This document shows positions 54,040 through 62,160 of a stretch of DNA of 64,000 nt, piece after piece. Numbering within the stretch: the stretch's first letter is position 1; every line of letters begins with the position of its first letter. This DNA comes from an uncultured Verrucomicrobiota bacterium (lineage in GTDB: Bacteria; Verrucomicrobiota; Verrucomicrobiia; Limisphaerales; J093). The position numbers and the translations under genes were made by a program. Under the pieces are notes generated by a model. It was given only the letters and a program-made list of their open reading frames with translations. It was not told the origin of the DNA and ran no database searches. The stretch is taken from contig CAZHUS010000025.1 in the NCBI GenBank assembly GCA_964535555.1, positions 18,963 to 82,962 of the forward strand, in the 5' to 3' direction.

Positions 54040-54145
54040 AGGCCGAACGTTCCTTGCGGTCGCTGCGGGCGGTTTTCCCTGCGCCCGGCCCTGGCCGGAC
54101 TCGAAAGTCCGGCGCACCGGCAGGCCGGAAAGCCTGCCCTACCGG
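54040..54145 (-). repeat. Family-2 multi-hairpin repeat element (copy i)
   Basis: Hairpins CCGGACTCGAAAGTCCGG (54095-54112) and GGCAGGCCGGAAAGCCTGCC (54119-54138), followed by CTACCGG. This is the reverse complement of the first ~52 nt of the copy at 58381. Confidence 0.7.
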
Positions 54146-54211
54146 TGAAAGACCGTGGTCCCCGGATTCATGACTGATGCTGCGCGCTCCTCCATTGGTG
54201 CCAATCCTTGC

Positions 54212-56002
54212 ATGAACGCTGATCTCCTGGCCAAGGCCAAGTCCCTCGGTTTCTCCGACCGCCAGATTGCCTATCTGACCAAGCGCACGGAGGCTGAAGT
54301 CCGGGCGTTGCGAAAGCAGCTCGGTCTGATCCCCAGTTATCGACTCGTCGACACGTGCGCTGCCGAGTTCGAGGCGTACACGCCCTACTACTATTCGACG
54401 TACGACCGGGGCGACGACGAGGTGAGGCCGTCCGATCGCCGGAAGATCATGATTCTGGGCGGCGGCCCCAACCGTATCGGACAGGGGATCGAGTTCGACT
54501 ACTGCTGCGTTCACGCTTCGTTTGCGCTCAAGGAGGAAGGCTTCGAGACCATCATGGTGAACTCGAATCCGGAGACGGTCTCGACCGACTACGACACCAG
54601 CGACCGGCTTTACTTCGAGCCGCTGACGCTCGAGGACGTGCTGAACATTTACGAGCGGGAACAATGCTGGGGTGCCATCGCGCAGTTCGGCGGCCAGACG
54701 CCGCTCAATCTCGCGCTGGGGCTTCAGGCGAACGGGGTCCGGATTCTGGGCACTTCGCCCCAGAGCATCGAGACTGCGGAGGACCGGAAGCTCTTCGCGG
54801 CGATGCTGCACAAGCTGAACATCCCGCAGCCTCCGAACGGATTGGCGACGAACGAAGCCGAGGCGCTCGAGGTGGCGCGCCGGCTCGGGTACCCGATCCT
54901 GGTGCGGCCTTCCTTCGTCCTGGGCGGCCGCGCGATGCAGATCGTCTTCTCCGACAGCGAACTGCAGCACTACATGCGCTTCGCCGTCGAAGCGTCCCGC
55001 AAGCGGCCGGTGCTGGTGGACAAGTTCCTCGAGGACGCGACGGAAGTGGATGTCGACTGCATCGCGGACGTGGGCCAGTTCGACGATCCCTCCGCCGGAC
55101 ATGTCGTGATCGGCGGGATCCTCGAGCACATCGAGTTTGCCGGCGTCCACTCGGGTGATGCCGCGATGGTGCTGCCGCCGCACACGCTCTCGTACGACAT
55201 CCTCCAGACCATTCGGGCCCACACCCACGCCATGGCGCGTGAACTCCGGGTGGTCGGCCTCATGAACGTCCAGTACGCCGTCAAGGACCAGACGGTGTAC
55301 GTGCTCGAGGTGAACCCGCGCGCGTCGCGCACCGTGCCCTTCGTCAGCAAGGCCATCGGCGTGCCGCTGGCCAAGCTGGCGGCCAAGCTGATGTCGGGAC
55401 GGACCCTGGCGGAGCTGGGCTTCACCGAGGAAATCTGGCCGACGCATTGGGCCGTCAAGGAATCCGTCTTTCCCTTCAACCGGTTCCTGGGCCAGGACAT
55501 CATTCTGTCACCGGAGATGCGGTCCACCGGCGAAGTGATGGGAATCGACGAAGACCTGGGTATCGCCTACGCGAAGTCGCAAATGGCCGCCGGCAGTCCG
55601 ATGCCGTTGTCGGGGAAGCTCTTCATCAGCGTCAGCGACGCGGACAAACCGCTGGTGGCGGACCTTGCGCGCCTGTTTGTCGACCTTGGCTTCGAGCTGG
55701 TTTCCACCGGCGGCACGGCCAAGGTGCTGGCCGAGGCGGGCCTCCACGTGCAGCGGATCTTCAAGCTCCAGGAAGGCCGGCCGCACGCCGTTGACCTGCT
55801 CAAAAACCGCGAGTTGCAGCTGGTCATCAACACTCCCTCCGGCCAGATCCCGCGTGCGGACGAAGTCAAAATCCGCACCACGGCGGTCTACACCGGGACC
55901 CCGATCATGACGACCATGAGCGGGGCGCGGGCTTTGGCGCTCGGAATCGCCGCGCTCAAGAAACGCGGCTACGACGTCCGCACGTTGCAGGAGTACCACT
56001 GA
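54212..56002 (+). CDS. carB: Carbamoyl-phosphate synthase large subunit, C-terminal half only (second ATP-grasp + MGS-like allosteric domain)
   Basis: RLVDTCAAEFEAYTPYYYSTY...IMILGGGPNRIGQGIEFDYCCVHA...MVNSNPETVSTDYDTSDRLYFEP...VNPRASRTVPFVSKAIGVPLAKLAA is colinear, from my memory of the E. coli sequence, with roughly the second half of canonical CarB. No N-terminal half lies upstream. Confidence 0.85.
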   Translation: MNADLLAKAKSLGFSDRQIAYLTKRTEAEVRALRKQLGLIPSYRLVDTCAAEFEAYTPYYYSTYDRGDDEVRPSDRRKIMILGGGPNRIGQGIEFDYCCVHASFALKEEGFETIMVNSNPETVSTDYDTSDRLYFEPLTLEDVLNIYEREQCWGAIAQFGGQTPLNLALGLQANGVRILGTSPQSIETAEDRKLFAAMLHKLNIPQPPNGLATNEAEALEVARRLGYPILVRPSFVLGGRAMQIVFSDSELQHYMRFAVEASRKRPVLVDKFLEDATEVDVDCIADVGQFDDPSAGHVVIGGILEHIEFAGVHSGDAAMVLPPHTLSYDILQTIRAHTHAMARELRVVGLMNVQYAVKDQTVYVLEVNPRASRTVPFVSKAIGVPLAKLAAKLMSGRTLAELGFTEEIWPTHWAVKESVFPFNRFLGQDIILSPEMRSTGEVMGIDEDLGIAYAKSQMAAGSPMPLSGKLFISVSDADKPLVADLARLFVDLGFELVSTGGTAKVLAEAGLHVQRIFKLQEGRPHAVDLLKNRELQLVINTPSGQIPRADEVKIRTTAVYTGTPIMTTMSGARALALGIAALKKRGYDVRTLQEYH

Positions 56003-56005
56003 GAG

Positions 56006-56923
56006 TCACTCGCCGAAGAACGGGAAGAGCTGCTTGAGGCCCGCCTTGTCAGGCTGACGCCCATACTCGCACAGCTCGAACGCCTCGATGAACTTGACCT
56101 GGCCGCCGCGGTCAGGCCCGTGCCATTCGAGGACCTGGGGCCGGAAACGCTCCGCCAGGTTCTGATTCCGGGTACGGAACCAGTCCTTCACCGCCCGGTC
56201 GCGCTCCTCAAATTTCGCGGGATCGGCCAGTTCCGGACCGCCGTTGGCGCCCCCCTCGTGGAATTGCGACACCAGTTTGCTGAGGGCCTCGAGTTTCTTG
56301 TCCATGACCGCATCGATGGCGATCACCACGCTCGGTTCGAACGGATTCGGTTTCTTGAAGCCGTCCGGGTAGTACATGAAGACCGGGTTCCGCTTGAGGT
56401 GGGGGACATCCGGACAGAAGAACGGCACGGTAACCATGTAGGCGGCGTCCTGCACAAGCACGCCGAGGTAACGGTGGTCCGGGTGGTAGTCGTTGGGGCG
56501 TGGTCCCATGACCAGGTCGGCATTCCATTCGCGGATCAACCGGGTGAGCAGGCGTCGATTCTCGAGCGTGGGCAGCAGCTCGCCGTCGTGAATGTCGAGG
56601 ACCTGGGTGGTGACGCCGAGGATCTTGCCGGCTGCCTCGACTTCTGCGGTGCGTCGGCGGGCGAGGGGACCGCCGGCTTCGCGCCAGTGGCCGATGTCGC
56701 CGTTCGTCACCGAGACCAGTTTGACCTTGTGACCCTTGGCACTCCACATCGCGGCGGTGCCACCGACTTGAATTTCGCAGTCGTCCGGATGAGCCCCAAA
56801 GCAGATGATTCGGAGAGGCTGCGGCTCCTCGGCCCCGAGACCGGTCCAGAGCAGGGTTTGAAGCAGGGCGACGGCGAAGAGACCGAACCGGCCGGGGCGG
56901 ATTTCTGGCAGGGGCGTTTTCAT
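56006..56923 (-). CDS. Secreted PIG-L/LmbE-family deacetylase
   Basis: Signal peptide, then ICFGAHPDDCEIQVGGTAA...LVSVTNGDIGH (PIG-L zinc-binding motif). Confidence 0.85.
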   Translation of the reverse strand: MKTPLPEIRPGRFGLFAVALLQTLLWTGLGAEEPQPLRIICFGAHPDDCEIQVGGTAAMWSAKGHKVKLVSVTNGDIGHWREAGGPLARRRTAEVEAAGKILGVTTQVLDIHDGELLPTLENRRLLTRLIREWNADLVMGPRPNDYHPDHRYLGVLVQDAAYMVTVPFFCPDVPHLKRNPVFMYYPDGFKKPNPFEPSVVIAIDAVMDKKLEALSKLVSQFHEGGANGGPELADPAKFEERDRAVKDWFRTRNQNLAERFRPQVLEWHGPDRGGQVKFIEAFELCEYGRQPDKAGLKQLFPFFGE

Positions 56924-57058
56924 GATGGCAGGGGCTTTATGGACGCCCGAAGTTGCGCCGCTCGCCCGTTCCTCGCAAGCGTGGAGTAGCCCGCCAGCTC
57001 CGTCTTGCAGGGCGACTCTCCGAGGGGTGGCGCGGCGCCGCTGAGCGGAGGGCGCTCA

Positions 57059-57173
57059 AGGAAAGCGACGTGTTCCTTGCGGACCTGCTCACCGGTCATG
57101 AACCGGTGAGGAGCGCGGGCTTCAGCGCGCAGGGACGTCCCATGGCCAGCGTGGCTTCCTGCGGGCTGAAGTC
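57059..57173 (+). repeat. Family-1 element, flank module + core with truncated right arm
   Basis: AGGAAAGCGACGTGTTCCTTGCGGACCTGCTCACCGGTCATGAACCGGTGAGGAGCGCGGGCTTCAGCGCGCAGGGACGTCC...GGCTTCCTGCGGGCTGAAGTC. The right arm stops 3 nt before the TAG (57177-57179) of the convergently read gene. Confidence 0.8.
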
Positions 57174-57176
57174 TGA

Positions 57177-58085
57177 CTACACGTCGCAGATCTGAACGCC
57201 CTGTTTGAGGGAGGTCAGCGGGTCGCGCTTGGGAATGAACTCCTGGGCAACGAAGCCCTTGTAGCCCGTCTCGACGATCGCCTTCATGATCGCCGGATAG
57301 TACAGTTCCTGCGTTTCGTCGATCTCGTTGCGTCCCGGCACGCCCCCGGTGTGGTAATGGCCGATGTACGGGGCGGCGGCTTCGATGCCCTTGCCGGCGT
57401 CGCCCTTGATGGTGCGGATGACATCCCCCTCCATGATTTGCATGTGGTAAATGTCGTAGAGGAGCTTGAAGTGTTCCGAGCCGACGCGCTTGCAGAGTTC
57501 AACCCCCCAGGGCGTCCGGTCGCACATGTAGTCCTTGTGGTCGATCTTGCTGTTCAACAGTTCCATGACCGCGACCACGCCGTGCTTCTCGCAGATGGGC
57601 GCCACGCGCTTCAGACCTTTGGCACAGTTTTCGAGGCCCTGCTCGTCCGACATGCCGGCACGGTTGCCGGAGAAGCAGATGATGTTCTTGTAGCCGGCCG
57701 CGGCGACGAGCGGCGCCGTCTTCTCGTAGAACGCGACGATCTTGTCGTGGTTTTCGACGCGGTTGAGGCCCGAGGCGATGCCGCCCGGGACCCCGCTGAC
57801 CATCGCGCAGACAAGATCGTATTTCTTGAGCGTGGGGAAGTCCTCGACGTTGAGGAGTTCCACGGATTTCAGGCCCATGTCGCGGGAGGCCTTGCAGAAC
57901 TCCTCGAGCGGGATCTTGCCGTAGCACCATTTGCACACGGAGTGATTGATGTGGCCTTTGAGCGTGCCGCCCCCCGAGTTCTCCGCGGCCTGGATGCGGG
58001 CTTCGAGGGAGGAGGCAACCGAGCCGACGAGGGCGGCTCCGGCAGTGGCTTTGAGGGCCGAGCGGCGGGAGATGGAGGATTTCAT
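57177..58085 (-). CDS. Tat-exported hydroxypyruvate-isomerase-like / sugar phosphate isomerase-epimerase TIM barrel
   Basis: ATG 58085 gives MKSSISRRSALKATAGAALVGSVAS (Tat motif). GLKSVELL..., VMELLN and GHYHTGG motifs of the xylose-isomerase-like TIM barrel family. Confidence 0.85.
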   Translation of the reverse strand: MKSSISRRSALKATAGAALVGSVASSLEARIQAAENSGGGTLKGHINHSVCKWCYGKIPLEEFCKASRDMGLKSVELLNVEDFPTLKKYDLVCAMVSGVPGGIASGLNRVENHDKIVAFYEKTAPLVAAAGYKNIICFSGNRAGMSDEQGLENCAKGLKRVAPICEKHGVVAVMELLNSKIDHKDYMCDRTPWGVELCKRVGSEHFKLLYDIYHMQIMEGDVIRTIKGDAGKGIEAAAPYIGHYHTGGVPGRNEIDETQELYYPAIMKAIVETGYKGFVAQEFIPKRDPLTSLKQGVQICDV

Positions 58086-58380
58086 GGCAGAACGGTGCGA
58101 CAAACTTTGATGGCTGACGTGAAAAGCTGGAAGTGAATTCACTCCAATCCCCTCGCTACGTCAAACGCGAAAGCGGCGGCGGTGGGAGCCAAGGCTCCAG
58201 GCAAGGCGCGCCGTCCCTTGGCGCCGGCTTGACTGGGAGAGACGTCGGCGGGGGCGGCGGCCAGCGGAGTGCCCGCCCTGCCCGGAAGGCTGCGTGCCGG
58301 GTCGGGAGGCCGCGAAGCGGGAAGGACCAGGTTCATGGGGAGTCCCCTTGGCCCCGAGGCCATGCGCGATGGCCCTGAAC

Positions 58381-58492
58381 CCGGTAGGGCAGGCTTTCGA
58401 GCCTGCCGGTGGGCCGGACTTTCCAGTCCGGCGGGGCGGTGGGCGACGGGGACGTCGCCCCGACCGGCAGACAGGAATGTCTGCCCTACCTG
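58381..58492 (+). repeat. Family-2 multi-hairpin repeat element (copy ii, full)
   Basis: Four consecutive hairpins: GGCAGGCtttcgaGCCTGCC, CCGGACTttccAGTCCGG, GGCGACggggacGTCGCC and GGCAGACaggaatGTCTGCC. They are bracketed by CCGGTAGGG ... CCCTACCTGG. Confidence 0.8.
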
Positions 58493-58556
58493 GCTGCGGT
58501 TCATGGAGAGCCGGGACGCCGAGAGGGCCGGCGCGCATGGGGACCATGACCGATGC

Positions 58557-58628
58557 GGAGCGCGGGCTTCAGCCCGCAGGGACGTCCCCTGACCGGCGCG
58601 GGTTCCTGCGGACTGAAGTCCGCGCTCC
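58557..58628 (+). repeat. Family-1 element, core only
   Basis: GGAGCGCGGGCTTCAGCCCGCAGGGACGTCCCCTGACCGGCGCGGGTTCCTGCGGACTGAAGTCCGCGCTCC. Confidence 0.85.
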
Positions 58629-58698
58629 GGGAGCGGTTTATGGACAGTGTCGCTGCACGCTGGACGTCGTCTCGCCCCACCGGGGGGTGAGTGGCCGG

Positions 58699-59985
58699 CT
58701 ACACGGCGGCCTTCAGCGCCTGGTCAAGGTCGGCCAGGATGTCGTCGATGTTCTCGATTCCCACGCTGAGCCGGACCAGGTCGGGAGTAATGCCCCCGGC
58801 GCGTTGCTGGTCCTCGTTCAACTGCGAGTGCGTCGTGGTGGCGCTGTGAATCGCCAGTGATTTCGCGTCGCCCACGTTCGCGAGGTGGGAAAACAGTCGG
58901 AGGTTGTCGATGAACTTGCTGCCGGCGTCCTTGCCGCCCTTGATGCCGAACACGACCATGGAACCGCCCTTGCCGCGAAGGTACTTCTGGTTGAGCGCGA
59001 ACTGGGGATCCCCCGGCAACCCGGGGAAGCGCACCCAGGTCACGCCGGGATGATTCTGCAGGTGCTGCGCCACGGCGAGCGCGTTCTGGCAATGACGTTC
59101 CATACGCAACGGCAGCGTCTCGAGGCCTTGGAGGAACATCCAGGAATTGTCGGGCGAGATGCACGCACCCAGGTTGCGCAGGGGCACGGTGCGCATGCGG
59201 AGGATGAAGGCGAGCGGCCGCAAGGGATCGGGCAGGTCGAGGCCCCAGCGGAGCCCGTGATAGGAGTTGTCGGGTGTCGTGTAGAGAGCGTGCTTGCCCG
59301 CGGCCCAGTTGAAGCGCGCGCTGTCGATGACCACGCCGCCGATGCCGGTCCCGTGGCCGCCGAGCCATTTCGTCAGCGAGTGCACGACGATGTCCGCGCC
59401 ATGGGCGAGCGGTTGGGTCAGGTAAGGCGTCGAGAAGGTGGAATCGACGATCAGGGGCAGGCCGGCGTCGTGGCCGAGTTTGGCGACGGCCTCCAGGTCG
59501 GTCACTTCGAGGGCCGGGTTCGAGACCGATTCGCAGAAGAGCGCGCGGGTCTTGGGGTCGATGGCCCGGGCGAAGTTCTGGGGGTCGTTCGAATCGATGA
59601 GCTTCACCGAGATGCCCAGCGAGGGCAGGATGTCGTTGAACATCGTGTAGGTGCCGCCGTAGAGGTTCCGGGCGGACACGATGTTGTCGCCAGCCTGGGC
59701 CAGGTTGATGATCGAGTAGAAGACGCCGCTGGTGCCGGAGGCCACGCCCAAGCCGCCGAACTCGGGCGCCCCTTCGAGCAGGGCGACACGTTTCTCGAGT
59801 ACGTCGGTCGTGGGGTTCATGAGCCGCGTGTAGATGTTCCCCAGCTCTTTCAGGGCGAACAGATTGGCGGCGTGCTCGGTGTTGCGGAAGACATAGGACG
59901 AGGTGCGATAGACGGGCACCGCTCGCGAAAGGGTGGTCGGGTCGGGTTGCGTGCCGCCGTGGAGGCAGAGGGTCTCGAATTTCAT
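58699..59985 (-). CDS. metY: O-acetylhomoserine sulfhydrylase (aminocarboxypropyltransferase), PLP-dependent
   Basis: MKFETLCLHGGTQPDPTTLSRAVPVYRTSSYVF...NIYTRLMNPTTDVLE...SLTKWLGGHG (PLP-lysine motif) matches the MetY/Cys-Met-metabolism family end to end. Confidence 0.9.
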   Translation of the reverse strand: MKFETLCLHGGTQPDPTTLSRAVPVYRTSSYVFRNTEHAANLFALKELGNIYTRLMNPTTDVLEKRVALLEGAPEFGGLGVASGTSGVFYSIINLAQAGDNIVSARNLYGGTYTMFNDILPSLGISVKLIDSNDPQNFARAIDPKTRALFCESVSNPALEVTDLEAVAKLGHDAGLPLIVDSTFSTPYLTQPLAHGADIVVHSLTKWLGGHGTGIGGVVIDSARFNWAAGKHALYTTPDNSYHGLRWGLDLPDPLRPLAFILRMRTVPLRNLGACISPDNSWMFLQGLETLPLRMERHCQNALAVAQHLQNHPGVTWVRFPGLPGDPQFALNQKYLRGKGGSMVVFGIKGGKDAGSKFIDNLRLFSHLANVGDAKSLAIHSATTTHSQLNEDQQRAGGITPDLVRLSVGIENIDDILADLDQALKAAV

Positions 59986-60070
59986 GAGGGGGCGAGCTTA
60001 AGCCGCGAAATCGCGAAGGCAAGCGGCTTGCGGCTTGCGGCGGAGCGTGGCCGTAAGCACGCCGGCGGTA

Positions 60071-60122
60071 GGAAAGAAACACCCACCCGACGGGACCTCC
60101 AGGCGGGTCCCGGGGTGGGTGT
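60071..60122 (-). terminator. Intrinsic terminator of the 60174..61544 gene
   Basis: 17-bp GC-rich stem (10 + 7 bp with a 2-nt bulge: 60079-60097 pairs with 60106-60122). On the minus strand it is followed by TTCTTTCC. It lies 52 nt after the stop codon. Confidence 0.65.
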
Positions 60123-60173
60123 TCAAGAAGCCCGAGCTAGTCGAAGGGCGGGCGGCGGCCGGTGTCGAGCCGG

Positions 60174-61544
60174 TCAATCCAGGCGCTTCAAGCTCACGTT
60201 CCGGAAGCAGACGGGGTCGTTGTGTCCGGCAAAGCCGAAGTGGCCCTGGGTGTGATCCTTCCCCGGGTGCGGGCTGTTGGCCATGTACTCCTTCACGGTG
60301 GCGACGTCGCCGTCGAGGATCACGAAGCCGTTGAGTTCCACTTTGATCTTGGAACCATTCACGGTCACTTCCTGGAAGTTCCACTCGCCGATCGGCCGCT
60401 GGTAGCCGCGCTGCGCCGCGATGATGCCATAGACCGACCCGTGAGCCTGGCGCGCATCGATCTTGTCGCCGACGGCCTCCTCGTAGTTGTCATCGAGCAC
60501 CTGCAGTTCGGTCATGCCGGCGTAGGCGGCGTCGCCTTGACCCGGATAGCGGATGGCGAGGCCGTTGTTGCCGCCCTTGGGCAGCTTGAACTCGAGCCGG
60601 ACGGCGAAGTCCCCGTACTGCTCCTTGGTGAAGATGGTGCCGCCCTTGCCCGGCTTGCACACGAGCGCGCCCTCTTTCACTTCGTAATTGTCCACCGGAC
60701 CGGACCAACCGGAGAAGTCCTTGCCGTTGAAGATGGGCTGGAAGCCTTCGCCGCCCTTGGACGCCAGGAGGCGACTGGCCTCCGCGCTTGGGATTTCGCG
60801 GACGAAGACATTTCGCCATCGAATCTCACCACCGTGGGTCTGGAGCTGGATGGGTCCCGTCTCCGGAACGGAGGTTTTGCGGTCGTAGTAGTTCTCCATG
60901 TTCGCGTGGTCCACCACGAGCTTGTCGTTAAGCCACACGCTCACCCGGGCGCCGACCATCACGATGCGGAACTTGTTCCACTCGCCGAACGGCTTGTCGG
61001 CGAGGACGAGCGGATCCTTGCCCGGCGCGCCCGCGCTGTTGTTCCAGAGCCCTCCGGACCCCTTGTCGGCGCCGATGTTGAACTTCTCCTTTTCGGTGTA
61101 ATCCCAGATTTGGACCTGGGGAACGCCGCGCAGGTAGATGCCCGAGTCGGCCTTGGCGACGGTCTTGTAGTCCACCAGGAGTTCGAAATCGCCGTAGTCC
61201 TTCTCGGTGGTGGCGTACGCGCCGAAGCCGTCGTTCACGAGTTCGCCATTCTCGACGTACCAGTGCGACTTGCCGGTCTTGGGGTTGACCTCCTTCATCG
61301 AGTCCGTCCACTTCGCAATCTGGGCGGCGCGGGCTTCGGGCGTCATGGCCATGAGCTTGCGGTGGTCGAAGGTGTCTCCGCCGCGCCAGCCGGCGAGGTC
61401 ACGTCCGTTGAACAGGGCGGTGAAGCCGGGAGGGGGTTGGTTGAGTTCGGCAGCCGAGGAGCCAGGCGAGGACACCAGGCAGGCGAGCGCCAGGCCGGAA
61501 CCGAGGAGATGGGTGAGGCATCGTGGAAGCGCGGACGAATTCAT
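60174..61544 (-). CDS. Secreted protein with two tandem DUF1080 domains
   Basis: ATG 61544 gives MNSSALPRCLTHLLGSGLALACLVSSPGSSAAE. Two units each start with GF(T/Q)xxFNG(R/K)D(L/F)(A/S)GW and end with ...RN(V/V)(F/S)(V/L)(R/K). Confidence 0.85.
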   Translation of the reverse strand: MNSSALPRCLTHLLGSGLALACLVSSPGSSAAELNQPPPGFTALFNGRDLAGWRGGDTFDHRKLMAMTPEARAAQIAKWTDSMKEVNPKTGKSHWYVENGELVNDGFGAYATTEKDYGDFELLVDYKTVAKADSGIYLRGVPQVQIWDYTEKEKFNIGADKGSGGLWNNSAGAPGKDPLVLADKPFGEWNKFRIVMVGARVSVWLNDKLVVDHANMENYYDRKTSVPETGPIQLQTHGGEIRWRNVFVREIPSAEASRLLASKGGEGFQPIFNGKDFSGWSGPVDNYEVKEGALVCKPGKGGTIFTKEQYGDFAVRLEFKLPKGGNNGLAIRYPGQGDAAYAGMTELQVLDDNYEEAVGDKIDARQAHGSVYGIIAAQRGYQRPIGEWNFQEVTVNGSKIKVELNGFVILDGDVATVKEYMANSPHPGKDHTQGHFGFAGHNDPVCFRNVSLKRLD

Positions 61545-61832
61545 GGGCGGGTAGATACCGCGCCCCAAGGGGCAGGTCAATTGGGGAACGCATCGCGCCG
61601 TTGGCAGGGCGAGCCTCCCGGCGAGGCGCGGCTCAGACCCACACCCACCCCTTCTATCCGCAACGGCATGGCGATTTCCCATCTGCCGTCACCCGCGCCT
61701 CGTTCCGTAGAATCCTCGAAGCCGAGGAAGGTTGCCGGCGTGGAGGCTGCAACGGCAAGACTCGACGCGCTCGCAACGAATCCACCGATTCGAGGATTCG
61801 ATGGAGCCGCTTGGTGAGATCGGGCTCGCCCT

Positions 61833-62135
61833 TCAGCTCACCAGGCGGTAACCGACCTCATGAACGGTTAGCAGGTGTCGCGGGGCCTCGGCCGGGTCGC
61901 CCAGTTTGCGTCGCAGCTGCACCACGACCTGGTCGAGCGTGCGTGTCGTCCCGCCATAGCGGTATCCCCACACCGCTTCGAGCAGTTCGTGGCGCGAGAG
62001 GACCTCGCCGGAGTGCCGGTGGAGCAAGCGCAGCACGCCCAGTTCCTTGGCCGAAAGGTCCTCGGTCCGTTCACCGTGGCGCAACTGATACTTGCGGGCA
62101 TCGAACACCGCAGATCCAATCTGGAACTGGTCGCC
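61833..62135 (-). pseudogene. OmpR-family winged-helix DNA-binding domain only (response regulator lacking its receiver domain)
   Basis: FQIGSAVFDARKYQLRHGERTEDLSAKELGVLRLLHRHSGEVLSRHELLEAVWGYRYGGTTRTLDQVVVQLRRKLGD...LLTVHEVGYRLVS is a complete Trans_reg_C domain. No receiver domain and no plausible start lie upstream in frame. Confidence 0.6.
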
Positions 62136-62160
62136 GTCGGGCGCTGACCCCTTCCGTGGC

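Noticed and set aside
60162-61817. 551-aa plus-strand ORF. Similar long antisense ORFs occur at 5469..6869, 23337..24593, 26416..27576, 34998..36500 and 40194..41564.
   Set aside because: Each lies opposite a gene with strong family motifs (DUF1080 x2, Gfo/Idh/MocA, propeller-cytochrome, BlaR1-like, MacA). All show the same low-complexity G/R/A/V/D composition expected from reading GC3-rich genes on the opposite strand.
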